Part shown: in pieces, positions 1 through 12,231 of the stretch | Position numbering within the stretch: the first letter of the stretch is position 1 | How the letters are laid out: each line of letters opens with the position of its first letter | DNA from: Chromera velia | Lineage: Eukaryota | Assembly (NCBI GenBank): GCA_018398765.1 | Contig: JAHBMJ010000179.1 | Coordinates: 1-64,000 of the forward strand | Direction of reading: 5' to 3' | Length of the DNA stretch: 64,000 nt | Made by a program: the position numbers and the translations under genes | Notes under the pieces: generated by a model | Databases searched by the model: none | Told to the model about the DNA's origin: nothing | Seen by the model: only the letters and a program-made list of their open reading frames with translations

Positions 1-215
1 TCTCACACACACACGTACACTCACACTCACCAACTCAGCTGTACTCACACATTGAAGTTAAAAAAAACAGTCACTCAGATCGAGATCAAGTAGGTACAAG
101 ACACGCAAGTGCATAGCACTGCAGGAGACAGATATGTGCTGTCGTGGATAGATCAAGAAGTCCCACAAAGAATGCCTCCCCAATGAATAGAAAGCCGTGT
201 GTCATGACAGCTGAC

Positions 216-410
216 CTCTCCCCCCATGTCCTGCGCAGGAGGCTGCATCCCTTCATCGGTGGCTGGCGCGGCATTTTCCTTTGCCACCTCCTTCCGCCTT
301 TCCTGCCGCTTTTCTTGCTTTTCCTTCAGCTTCGCCTTGTCTTCCGCTTCTTTCTTTGCAAGGTACTGCATGTAGTTCCGACGAGCGGCCACATTATTCT
401 TCTTCGCCAT
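216..410 (-). CDS. First exon of a basic coiled-coil hypothetical protein; gene continues off the left edge
   Basis: ORF MAKKNNVAARRNYMQYLAKKEAEDKAK...DMGGE is followed by a GTCAGC donor at 215 (minus strand) and microsatellite intron-like sequence. Confidence 0.65.
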
Positions 411-2179
411 TGTTTCAGTCGGCTCGGGTAACGAGAGAACGTAAAAAGAAGTCAGAGTTCAAGTCACAGAGACAACACCCTTGAAGCAAACTTCAAATGA
501 AGTTTTCACTGCACACAGCGTATCGATCAACTCAGCTGAATCCGGGAGAAATCTGAAACCAGCCCCTTGGATCCGTCTACGATCTGTTCGACCGATCGAG
601 GAATGATCCTGAGTCGCTGGTGAACTGAAAGGCGTTCTGACACGAGACGAAAATCGAACGCGAGTGCACCCAGCCGATTTTGGAGGTCAGATCCGTCATA
701 CGGAAAAATCATGCAGCCGGGCCGGGCCCCCCATCACTGGGCCGCGTGCATGGCCGGCCCGCGGGCTGCCGCGCATTCTCCAGACTATCTATAGCGCGCT
801 CTCTCTCTCTCTCTCTCTGTATGTATGTATATGTGTATGTGTCTCTTTCTTTCTTTGAGTCTCCCTCACTCAATATCACTGAACAAATCAGTGGTGCATC
901 TAATTACATGTATTCATTCTGTTCTCCTCTATGTACTTCTGTGACCTCTTTAGACCTCTTCAGAACGTATGAAAGAGTAAGTACGATTAATTGTGATGAT
1001 ATGTGATGAGCAATGTGACAGCAAGATACGCAATTAATCACAATCATTAGCATGCAATCATGTGCTTACTGCATATGCTATTAAAGTGATTTAAGTACAC
1101 TACAGTACACTACAGTACTTAAACAGTAGAACTAAACATGATTCATATTTATTGAAATTAAATTGATTAGATGATTAATTATATTTATTAATTTTTTTTA
1201 TTGATTTTCATTCAACATTTTTCTATACGTCAGTATCTACGTCAGCTTAAACTTTAGTTAATGAAGTCTCTCTACATCTAGCTCTACATGTAGTACTCCA
1301 GACTCTCAATCGATTGAATTATTTTAAAAACATAATAATTATTCTAACTGTATTTATATATAATATATTTATTTGAACTGTTACCTAGCATTCAACTGCA
1401 TTCAACATAAGACAGAAACATTAACACTAAAGTTATATGAGAGCGTACTATAATATACGTGTTCGTGTACTACTAAGCTAGATCGATCATTATTAGATTA
1501 TCTAAGTTGGGGTGGTACAAAAGCGGACTACTAACCAAATTTTACGTTGAGTAACTTGAACTGAGGCATTGACAACACACTAGAAAACACACAAGTATCG
1601 TTGCGGGTGGGGCTGGGGTGGTGGTTACCGAAGAGCACATAGACATACATCATCATGATACATGCATAAGTTGTGGCACAACCTAGAACAATCAGACTGC
1701 CACTGCAGTGCACAATGCATGCATCGATATGCATGATCAGCGCCCAAAATGATAAAAACTGTTTACGAACCCAGCGTTCTCTCATTTGGAGTCTTTATCT
1801 TGATTCGTGAATCTTTGGAAATCAATTTGAAAGAAAAATACGTATCTGGCTCAAGCACTCAGAAATTAACAGTACGTCAACCATTCAATTTGCCCCCCCG
1901 ACCTCGCCCTAGCCCTTGCCTCTCTTCTTTGTAAGAAAAGACACGGGTCCCATCAGTGGCACCAGCTTTTTGCTCAGACGAAGCTCGGTACAGAAGAAGC
2001 ACAGGCAGCCGCAAGCAGATGATTTATGGCAGACAAGTCAACGCATAATATACACAGCGTTAGAGAGAACACTTGGATCATAGAACATGACTCACGCTTA
2101 GTACGTGCACTTTGCATGATGACATGAGTACGAAGTCCCCAACAATAATAAGAGCCAAACTCCGGATCCTGTGCAGGAA

Positions 2180-2782
2180 TCAGCTCTTTTCTTCCAGTTC
2201 CGGATGAAATTTGTCCCTTCTTACTTGTGGTCGCGAACTTCCTTGTTCCACCGAGCCGTCTCTCTCAGCGTCAAAGTTCAACCGGCTTTTTGCGCAGTCA
2301 ACAGATGCTGCCTGCTGATTTTGCCCTGCAAGTCGACATCTGGTCCTTCGAATCGCGCGCATCGCCGCCCGTACTTCCTTTCTCGCATTGGCCACCCGCT
2401 GTCTCCTCTGACACAAGTGAGGCCGGCAAAAACTGCAGCAACCGAAAGATCGACCCTTGTTGATGCCGTCCTTCCGTCTATATCGCTGAGGGGGGGGTGA
2501 GTCTGTTGCCCTTCTCCGTCGCGCGCTCCCGCGCACCTGGTCGCGGAGACGCCTTGGAGGGAGGTCCAGCGGAGGGTCTTCAGGAGAGGAGACGGGATTT
2601 GTCACAGGAAACCAAGTTGGATACGGAAGAGGACTTTTGACGAAATCGCCCAGCATGTAGCTGCTGTGGCCACCCTTCACCTTTTCAAATCGTTCATGGC
2701 GCCTTCTGGCGCGCCCGCGCTCCTTCACCTGATCATAAATCTCGAGTCCAAACGCGGCATCTTTGGATACAGACAGCGACAT
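2180..2782 (-). CDS. Single-exon Arg-rich hypothetical protein (200 aa)
   Basis: Uninterrupted ORF with protein-like composition, divergent from ovoA; no family recognised. Confidence 0.5.
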   Translation of the reverse strand: MSLSVSKDAAFGLEIYDQVKERGRARRRHERFEKVKGGHSSYMLGDFVKSPLPYPTWFPVTNPVSSPEDPPLDLPPRRLRDQVRGSARRRRATDSPPPQRYRRKDGINKGRSFGCCSFCRPHLCQRRQRVANARKEVRAAMRAIRRTRCRLAGQNQQAASVDCAKSRLNFDAERDGSVEQGSSRPQVRRDKFHPELEEKS

Positions 2783-3523
2783 CTCAACTCCGAAACAGTG
2801 TAGTGGTTAAAAAGTTGTTCTCGCTCCACAGAGCCAACTGGAAGACAGGTAGTCGCCACTGGAGTCTCCTAGGCAGAGCTTCTGGAGTACGTGTGTGCGC
2901 AGATCTTACACAACTTCACTGGGAAGTGAGTTCGAACTATATATTAATAGCTTCCGATCGAGGGTTTTGCACACTTTGCGCCGGGCCGCGGGTTTGAATC
3001 GACGCTCCGCGAACCCGAATAATCGGGTCGCATATGTGTACGTGTGACAAAAACTTTTCGCTGAAAGAGACGGCTTATCAGCATGCCGCGCAATCAGCGA
3101 AACAGCATCGGTGTGTTTTTCGACAGGCCGTGTGCTCCTGTCTCTCGGACTCCCTGTTCGATCAGGCTTCTGTTAATGGCACATCTGCTCAGTGGTCTTT
3201 TGCGACTTTGACCCTTTCACCTGAAACCACCAAAAGGGTTCCGCTGCCTTGATTCCTTCTGTTTGTGTTTGCAATCCTCTTTCCAGTGGTGAACCAGCCA
3301 GCTGGGTGTATCGGTGCCTTTCTCAGTCCGGGATTCATGACCCGCATCCAGCTCTACTTTGCCTTCACCTTCCACCACAAGAAAAGGATCTGAAAGCATC
3401 CCTGCTCTTCTCGTCCCTAGACTTCCTTCTGTGACAAGCTTTGGGGAAATCTGCCAAGTTCATCCGTGAGAAGATCAAAAACGCCTGTCCTGTCTCCGGC
3501 TCTCAAAACCACTGAGGCAGAAA

Positions 3524-3684
3524 ATGCTACACACTGAAGAAGTCAGTCGAGGATCATCTCTTCGCTTCTTTTGCCTTCGTAGAGGCTACAGTTGCCTCCT
3601 TGCTGCAGCTCATGGACCTCTTGAGGTCGATTTGCTCATGTCCTTCGTCTCTGCTCTCTTCTGTCTGTGAGTGTGTGTGTGTGG

Positions 3685-3724
<40 letters not shown>

Positions 3725-5189
3725 CACCCGGATCTCGCACTGAGGGTAACTACAAGTGAGTGGGAGTAGGCACACACGAAGGTGATGCAGTGCTTCGGAA
3801 TTTTTCCTTCGATACGGTTCCGTTCCTCGTGGCTTTGCGAGACTTCTTTCTACCGTCTCCATGCGTGCTGTCTCCTTGAGAGGAAATCTGCATGCACGGC
3901 CCACGACGTTTTTATCTTTTCTCTGTGCAGAATTTTTCGCGGCAAATACAATCTTCTTTCTGCCTTTCCCCCTCCCCTCCCTGACTTCTGCCTGCCTGCA
4001 GCCCCTGTGCTGACTTCAGGCGACCCCCTGGAGAAGCAGAAGGAGATCGTCAAGTACTTCGACGACACGTTCACTGTCTACGAGAAGGTCTGTCTGTCTG
4101 TCCGTCTCTCTGTGGGTACCTCTGTATAGGTGCAGCAAGCCAGACAGGCACACAATCAGGCGTTTTTCAAGAGGACAGAACAGGGAGGAAGAAACTTTCA
4201 GAAGAGAAAGGGAAGAATTGCTTGGGTCGTTCACTCACTCCTGATTATTTCTTTTGAGAGGGTTGGACGAGAAATTGAATGAATGGAAAAGATAGTTACA
4301 GCGCAAACACTCAGATTCACTGAAGCAAACCCTGTATGGCTGATTTCCCTCTAGCACACCTTGTCCGGAAACTGTGTGACTGGTTGAATGTTTGTGTGTG
4401 CACCCGCAAGTCATTCATTCTTTTGTTCCACCTGTGCATTGCGACGCAGCTGTTTGACATCCTAGCGAGGCCCCAGGCGTTCTTCATGAAGGCGGAGCCC
4501 CTTCGGCATCCTCTGATCTTCTATTTCGGTCACACTGCCTGCTTCTTCGTGAACAAGCTCGTGCTGGGGGGGTTCATGAAGGACAGGGTAGATGCGGGTC
4601 GGTCGATCGGTTCTTCAATGGCTGCATTCTCGCCTGTCTGATCGATCTTGTCGGTTGCATCATCGCAGCATGTGGTCTGTCTCGAGTCCCATGTGCAGTC
4701 TTCTCTGTTTCTGTCCGCCGTTTCGTTGTTACCTTGCAGTTCTCTCTCCTATTCTTGTGTCCAGCGCTGCCTCGGACCTTCTCTGTGAAGAAGCACCAGT
4801 GCCTTTTTCACACCGGAAATTCATTCTCCACCCTTGCTCTTGCCCGTGCCTGTTCGGCATCTTTCTGCTTGCAGAAATCGAGACGTCGTGTGCCGTTGGT
4901 AAGTCGATGGAGAAAGAAAAGGGCAACGCAGCGTATAAAAGACAAGGAAACGTTCAGAGGTGACAGGGGACGTGTGTCGCGCCTCTTCCCTTCTTCAGAC
5001 TGTTTCCTGTTCTTTTCGAGCGGCCTCTGTGTAATGAATAAGAACACGGCACTGGTGTGCACTTTCTACTCCTTTCGCGACTCCTTGGGACTAGATTGGA
5101 AGAGATCCAAGTCTCCTTCCTCCTGTCTAAGTGGCATTCTTTGGGTCTTTCAGGTCTGTCGTAGAAGCATACCTGTGTGGACGGATATT

Positions 5190-5229
<40 letters not shown>

Positions 5230-5634
5230 TGTTTGTCGATCGATCGATGGATCCATCAGGCGTCGACGAGATGAGCTGGGACGACCTCGACGAGTCCCAC
5301 TATGCGTGGCCGAACGCTGTCGAGGCAGAGGAGACTCCCGAGAGGGCCCTCGAGTGGGTGAGGAGGGTGAAGGCGTACAGGGCAAAAGTGAGGGAGGAGG
5401 TCGGAAAGCTGACAAGGACCGCGAAGCCACCCCAACTTCCTCTTCAGGCCGATGATTTTTGGTCGGTCTCTTTACGGAAGGGGAAGGAAGGAGCGCAAAG
5501 GAGAGTCGGAAAACCAGGCAGCCAGGGATTCACGAAGGCATTGAAACAAAATTAGTTTTCCCTCTCCAGAATTTTATAAACCTGACAATTGAAATTCCAC
5601 TGTCTGCGCACTTGCAAGCAAGCGCAGTAACACA

Positions 5635-5675
<41 letters not shown>

Positions 5676-8600
5676 GTCTACTTTCACTTTCGCGCACCTC
5701 AGGAGCTGGGGCAAGCGTTCTTCCCTTAATTCTTTTCAACACTTTCCCCCCAATTTTTCCTTCCCGCACGAAAAAGACGGAGGGAAGAGTGCTGCTGCTC
5801 CTGTTGCTTGCTGTCAGTGTGGAATTCGACCTCGTTCGTGCATGCATGCAGGTGGGTGATTCTGATGGGTATCGAGCACGAGCGCATTCATCTGGAGACG
5901 TCTGCAGTGATCATGCGCAGACTTCCCCTTAGTGAGGTCCGACAGGTGATGACGGACACGGAAACTGCCTTCTGGGGCCGTTGCACAAAGGGGATCTTCG
6001 GGGGAGACTGGGAGGAAGCGTCCAAGATGATTCCCAAAAACGAACTGAAGTCTGTCGTTCTCAAGAGTGGAGGCCCGACAGGATCCGTCTCCGATGTCCA
6101 GTCGGATGGGAGGGGCAGGGTCCGGCAGGGCCGTTCTTGGGAAGAGTCCCGTTTTTATGGATGGGACAACGAGTTTGGCTCTGTCTGTTTGGAGATCTCC
6201 CCTTTTTCTGCTTCGAAGTACGTGGTGTCCCATGCCGAGTACTTTGAATTCATGAGAGAAAACGGATACAGACAGAAGAAGTACTGGACAGATGAGGGCT
6301 GGCGATGGATTCGGGAGATGCGAATGGACCGGCCCCTCTTCTGGATTTGCCCCGATGGGAGACGGGATAATAGTCCGGGTCCTCAAGTAACAGAGGCAGA
6401 GGAAAGGGGAGAGGGGGCGCAAACGAGGGATGCCAAGAGCCTCCCTTCCGACGGCTGGAGGCTCCGCACATTCCTCGAGGAGATTCCTCTCCCTTGGGAC
6501 TGGCCTGTGGAGACCAACTGCCTCGAGGTCTGTCAGTGAAAAAGGGAGGGGAGGGGGGCTTTGGAGAAGTCGTTGTATCTCCCTGTCTCGTCCTGCTGAA
6601 CATTTCTATTGCCATCTAGCTTGTAGCCCAACAGTAGTTGGTGGCTATGCCTCTGTTAAAGAAAAACATAGAGAGCGACTTAAGGAGGAAGTCCAGACAG
6701 AATCACTTCTTCCCTTGTCTGACGTTCACTCGTTTTATCGCTTGTGGCATCTTTCCTTTTCTCTCTGCCTCTCACTTGCTGCCTCGAGCATCTCCCGTCC
6801 TGTCGTGCCCGTCTCTGGCGAATCTGAAATCTCAAAGGGTCTCTCTCTTCTTGCATCCGTCGGCGCATGCAGGCTCAGGCCTTCTGCAACTGGAAGGCCG
6901 ACAAGATTGGCGTCTCCCTCCGACTCGCAACTGCCTTCGAATGGTCAGCTAGCCGCAAAGAAGAACCAGCAGACTTCTTCTGTCTGAACTCTTCCCTCCT
7001 TCATCTCCGCTTGTCCTCCCTTTACTTTTCTTCCTTCCCGCTTTTCTCTGCATGCATCCACACAACAGCTCTCAAGGATTGGTGAAGCGAATACCTACAC
7101 AGACGACGAAAAGAGTTCTCGCTGTTGAAATTTGACTGCTTCCTGCCTCCCCCAAAGCTTCTGCGAGTCTTCGTGTCGGTAGGATACCCTGTACACCACC
7201 CGGGTCACCTTCACTGCATCTATCTCTCTTTGCTTCTCGTCCATCGGTGCAGGAAGGCCATGAGAGACCTGGCTCCCTTCGGAGATCCTTCAGACTGGAC
7301 GTCTTCCCCTTCTTCTGCGGAGGAGAAAGAGAAGAGGGAGGTGAAGGGGAACGTGAATCTGGAGGCCTTCGCGTCTTCCTGCCCCGTCACGTTGTTCCAG
7401 CAGGTTCCGGAGGAGGAGGGGGGGTTCTTCGATGTGGTCGGGAATGTGTGGCAACACACGGAGAGCCACCAGGACGTTTTCGGGGGGTTCAAGGTGCACC
7501 CTCTGTACGATGTCAGTGAGTGAGTTGGTTGTCTCGTGAGATTAGTTGGAAAAAGAAAAAAGACAGTATGAACTTTTGTCTATGCAGAGACGTTGCTCCT
7601 GACGGGTTGGGTGGAGGACTCGCTGTCTTGGGACGGATCAAGCGTGTGACCTCACATTCTGTTCGCTCGGTGGCTGTTCGTGTAGCTTCATCTGTCTGTT
7701 GTCTCTGGCGCTGATACTTGGTGGTTGGGGGCCTTTTTGTGTGGAAGCGAAAGAGTTTCCTTTCTTCCCAGAAACAGACACAAAATGGATACAGAGAGAG
7801 GCTCTCTCTCTCTTGCTCTGCTCATTCATTCTCCTGCTGACTACCTTACTTTCTCTTCTCGCTCTCTTGCAGGACTTCACGACCCCTACTGTTGACGGGA
7901 AGCACAACGAGATCAAGGGGGGCTGCTGGATCTCCACTGGGAATGAGGCGACTGCAGACGCCAGGTGAGGAGAGGAGAGACGAAAGGGTACGCATCAGCT
8001 TTGAGAGTTACCAATTTTTCTGTGCCAGGACAGGACAGGTTTATGTGTTGTGGTTCTGTTGTCAGCATGTTTATGGTGTTGCAGCTTGGATTTTTTCTTT
8101 TCTGTCTTGCCAAGTCTTCACTTTTCGTGTGCATGCTGAGTGCTTCTGGTGGTTTCATTCCTTTCGTGTGCTTCACCAACTTAATCCCTCTCTGCAGGTA
8201 TGCGTTCCGACGTCACTTCTACCAGTTCGCGGGGATCAGGTACGTCCACTCTCAGAACCCCCTCGGGCAATTCGTCCATGGGGTCTGCGCATTTGAGGAT
8301 GACCAGAACACTGCGGACTCTCTGGCGTCCCTCTGTTCGGCTCCTCCCTCCCACCTCTCGGCTCTTGCGGCCTCGGTGGGACCAGGGGAAGTCGGGGCGT
8401 TCGCAAACGCTCTTCGCTTTCCCACTCTGTTGTCACGACATGCGTGGGGGGAAGTGAACACAGCGAAAGAGAGAGATGGGTCGGTGGTCGAAATCGGGTG
8501 CGGTGTTGGGCTGTCGGTGGTGGAATTCGCCCGACTCGGGGCCGCGCGTGCGGTGGGTGTCGACCTGACTGCTCGTGACTTCCAGGCAGGTGACCGTCTG

Positions 8601-11187
8601 GTTGTGCAGGGTCGGTGTCGGTGGGCGGCGTGTGAGGAGGGGGAGCTTGTGGAGTACAGTGAGGCGCGGTTGGAGTCGGTGTTGCAGTCAGAGGGAGAGA
8701 AAGGCAGAGAGGGTGGGGGAGGGTCTGCATCAGCAGATGAGATTGCCAAAAAGATTCTGTTTGTGCAGAACGATGCGTGCAATCTGGACGTGAAGAAACT
8801 CGGCAGACATGATGTTGTTGTCGGGTCTCTCAGACTGTTCAGTGCCCAGGTAGAGGGGAAGGACGGGGGCCAGCCCCTTCTCCGAGACCCTTCTGCCTTC
8901 TTCTCCTCCCTTCCCCTCGTCTGCCTCCCCGGGGCAGTTGTGGTGCTTGCCTGTCCTGCCGTAGGGCTGCCCTTCGATGTAGAGAGGGAGATGGGATCCC
9001 GCGGTTTCCATTTGATTGAGGAACCTTCTCAGACTGTGGCAGTGACCAGACGCTCCGCACGTGTCTCAGAGGGCACAGTCGTGAGAGTGCTCAAATTCGC
9101 ACTGGCCCCGCAAAGCGAAATTCTGAGCCGACATGAAACCCCGACAACTCCGTCCGAACAAAGAGAGCCTCAGCAGGAAGGGGACGCGTGGGCAGTGCGT
9201 AGTGGGGGGGGGAGCGAGGAGGGAGACGGAGAAAGAGAGGCTCCTGTCCAGTACGAGGAAGGGAAAGAGAAGGAGCGTTCCCCCCTCTCTGCAGCGACTC
9301 GCTCTCCTCGAACGTCGGGGAATGGGAGGATGAAGAAGAGTGGGGGGGAGATGGCAGAAAAGCAGGAGGAAGGGAGGAAAGCTGCAGCTGCCCAATTGCC
9401 CTCTCTGAATGACTTCCGTCAGTTGGCCTCTGCAGGTTCTACCTGGCCTCAGACTCTGGCGTCTCTCTGCAGTGCCCTGGTGTCGTCCGCTGACGGCAAC
9501 AAAGAGAAGGACAACGAAGAGGAGGGGGCAAAGACCACTGTGACTCTGTCTGTTTCCGCCGGGGCTCTCTCTTCATTGAGAGGGGCCCCGGCAGGCTCGC
9601 TGCCTCTTTTTCCGGCAGACAAAAGTCTCAGTGTCAATGCCTCTACCCCGAACGAAGAAGAAAAAAAGCCGTCAGCAGAAGAGGCCCAATTGAAGTTCCT
9701 CCTACAGGCAGAAGGGTTCACAGTGAGGAGGGGGAAAGAGAAGGACGAACAGAAATCAAACATCGTCATTTCTGCCCTCCAATTGGTCAGTTCTTCTCTT
9801 TCACTCTCTCTCTCTGTCTGTCTTCTCTCTCTTTCTGCTTTTGCTTTGTGCTCTGTGCTTGTTTATTCCGTTTGCCTTTCATGTCGGAGTCTAAATGATC
9901 TCTCGATCGATCGAACGGTTGGTTCAGTTTCCAGAAAAAATGCCTGCCTGCCTCCCTGTCTGTAGGCAAATGTATCGGACAGGGGAGAGCACAAGAAAAT
10001 TTGCCCTCTAGCTGTGGTGTTTATTCCTACCACGCTCTCTATCTTTTGATCTTTCTCCTCTTTCTGATTTGCTTCTGTTGGTTTGTCGGTCTCTGTCGTT
10101 GCTCTTCTTTTTTTCTTCCTTATGTCGCCAACTTACATTCTTGAACTGTTCTTGCAGGAAGCGTCCGAGGATCCCGAAAGGGCGCTTCGTGGTGCTCTCG
10201 GACAGGTTGCCCCCGGAGGATTTCTTCTGGTTGCCTCTTCGTATGACTGGAAGGACGCCGTCACTTCGAAGGAGAAACGCCTGGGGGGAGTGAAGAAGGA
10301 CGGAGAGGTCAGCTGCTGGAGACAGAAACACACAAGCAAAGAAGGAAGGAGGGAGGGATTTCTTTCGGGAGGAACGTTGCCAGCCACTCACTGTCTGTCT
10401 GAGTGACTTCGACCCTTTCTTTTGGAAAGTTTGTCTGTCTCTCTCTCCCGTATTCCCTCTCCGCTCATGATTGTAAAGGATCCAGATTCGACAGACTGGT
10501 AGACTGTTCCTGCTGCTCGAGGTCTTCCCTTGGACCTGCCTGGCTTTTTTTGTTCTGTGTTTGAACACGCACAAGAGCTGCGATGGTGTGTTATAGTTGC
10601 GTTGTCCGATATACTCTTGCTTTCCCTTTCTTCCCCCCCTATCTGTCTGTCTGTCTTCTGCTCTGCCTGCCTACCTGCAGGACTTCACTGCAGAAGAGGC
10701 CCTGCGTGATCTCCTGAGTCGCCCCTCTCCATCGGGGCAGGTACCCTCCTGCAGGCAGGTTCCTCTGGCAGATCTTCTCTTCAGAGAAGGGACTGCATGG
10801 GGGAAGGGCGGTGAGGGTGTTTGTTGGAGGAGACGCAACAGCAGCACCAGCACCGTCGCAGCCGCAGCAGGACTCCCAGAAGGGGGCGAGGGCGAGGAAA
10901 GGTTTTTGTCCTCTCTGAGCTCATCTGCAGTGAGCAACAAAAATGGAAACGCAGAGGGACTGGAAACGGTCCACCGCCCTGTGCCCCTGCAGCAGATGGG
11001 GTCTGTTGTCAGGCCGACAGGAACCTCCCGGGGCGACGGTGCGTCTCTGGGCCTCGACTTCCTCCGACTGCGCAAAGGCTCCTACGAGGAGGAGGAGGAG
11101 GAGAATCTGGACTTGCAGGACGATGTGCTTCCTGCACGTTTCTTCCTGGATGCGCCTCAGCTGACTGCTTGGCAGCGTCTGGTGTGA
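3524..11187 (+). CDS. ovoA: Ovothiol biosynthesis enzyme (5-histidylcysteine sulfoxide synthase / methyltransferase), about 13 exons
   Basis: Splicing by eye gives LRHPLIFYFGHTACFFVNKL, CAVGVDEMSWDDL, WVILMGIEHERIHLET (HxxxHxE iron motif), YGWDNEFG, DWPVETNCLEAQAFCNWK, GNVWQH, VHPLYDDFTTPT, KGGCWISTGNEA, RYAFRRHFYQFAGIRY, SAM motif VVEIGCGVG and LGGVKKDGE. Donors at 3542, 3756, 4088, 4598, 4899, 5462, 6528, 6944, 7512, 7965, 9786, 10308. The first two micro-exons are less certain. Confidence 0.93.
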
Positions 11188-12231
11188 GGAGAAAGTGAAA
11201 GGCTCGGTTTTTGATCAGAAAGCAGGAGGAAAACAGACAGGAGGCAAGGCAGTTTTTTTTTGTTTCATTAATGGCATCAGTAACATGAAAAAAGAAATGA
11301 TGGTGAGAAAGACGGAGAGAAAGAGAAAGAAATGCATTTCAGCATGCAGACGCGCATGCAGAGTTTTCCCCTGCCTCGCTCCGGTATCCCGTCTCTTCCT
11401 TTCAGAGGCAGCGAGATGAGGCACAAAATGCGTCAATGGACTTGCGTGGACCGAACGTGTGTTCTTTCCACTGGCTGGTTTCTTCGTTTGCCTGCCGGCT
11501 AGTCTGTGTCCTGTTGCCTGCCTCATTGCCATCAGATAGGTTTCAGTTGGGTCGGAGGACGGCAGCTGAATTCATTCGTTTCTTAATTCTTTCTCTCTGT
11601 CTCTCTCTTTCCTTGTACCGTTGTCCGATAGAATTAAAGCGCAGGCAAGAGAAGGACAAGTCAGTCAGTAAGTAGAAAGAAGGAAAGGAAGAACCAACCG
11701 CTCCGACAGACCTGCGCAGGGTTGAGGAGTGAATCGTTTGTTTCTTCGTTTTGACATGCTGTCTCACCCTCATGTCCGCTTGCGCACCCATCGATGGATC
11801 GATCGTTGTTCGGGAGGTCCCGTTCGATTTTGTGATTAGGAAAGGATTTCTCCCCTCCTTCACTTCTACTCTCTTTCCCTTCTACAGAAGATGAGCCGAT
11901 TCAGCAAAGCAGACTGCCACTCAATGAAAAAAAGGGAAAGCCGACTGTGCTTGAGAACGGAAAACTTCTGTCTCTTCTAAGGAAAGGAGGGAGAGTGGGA
12001 CGCAAAGAAAAAATAAATGCAGAAGGAATCAGCAGAAGGAGTTAACCAAAGAGGTGGAGAAAAACATGTCGTCTCTCATCTGCCAAATGCGACTACGCAC
12101 TTGCTCCGTTCTCTATGTACACTCAATCTTCGGGCAGATCACGGGAGCATACGTGCAAAGGAAGTAGAAGGAGCTTGCATAGGGGTGTCAGGGTGGGAGG
12201 TTTCACTTCGCTTCGCCTCTATCCTTCATTC

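Noticed and set aside
5814..9769. Antisense ORFs overlapping ovoA exons
   Set aside because: Shadow frames of GC-rich coding sequence
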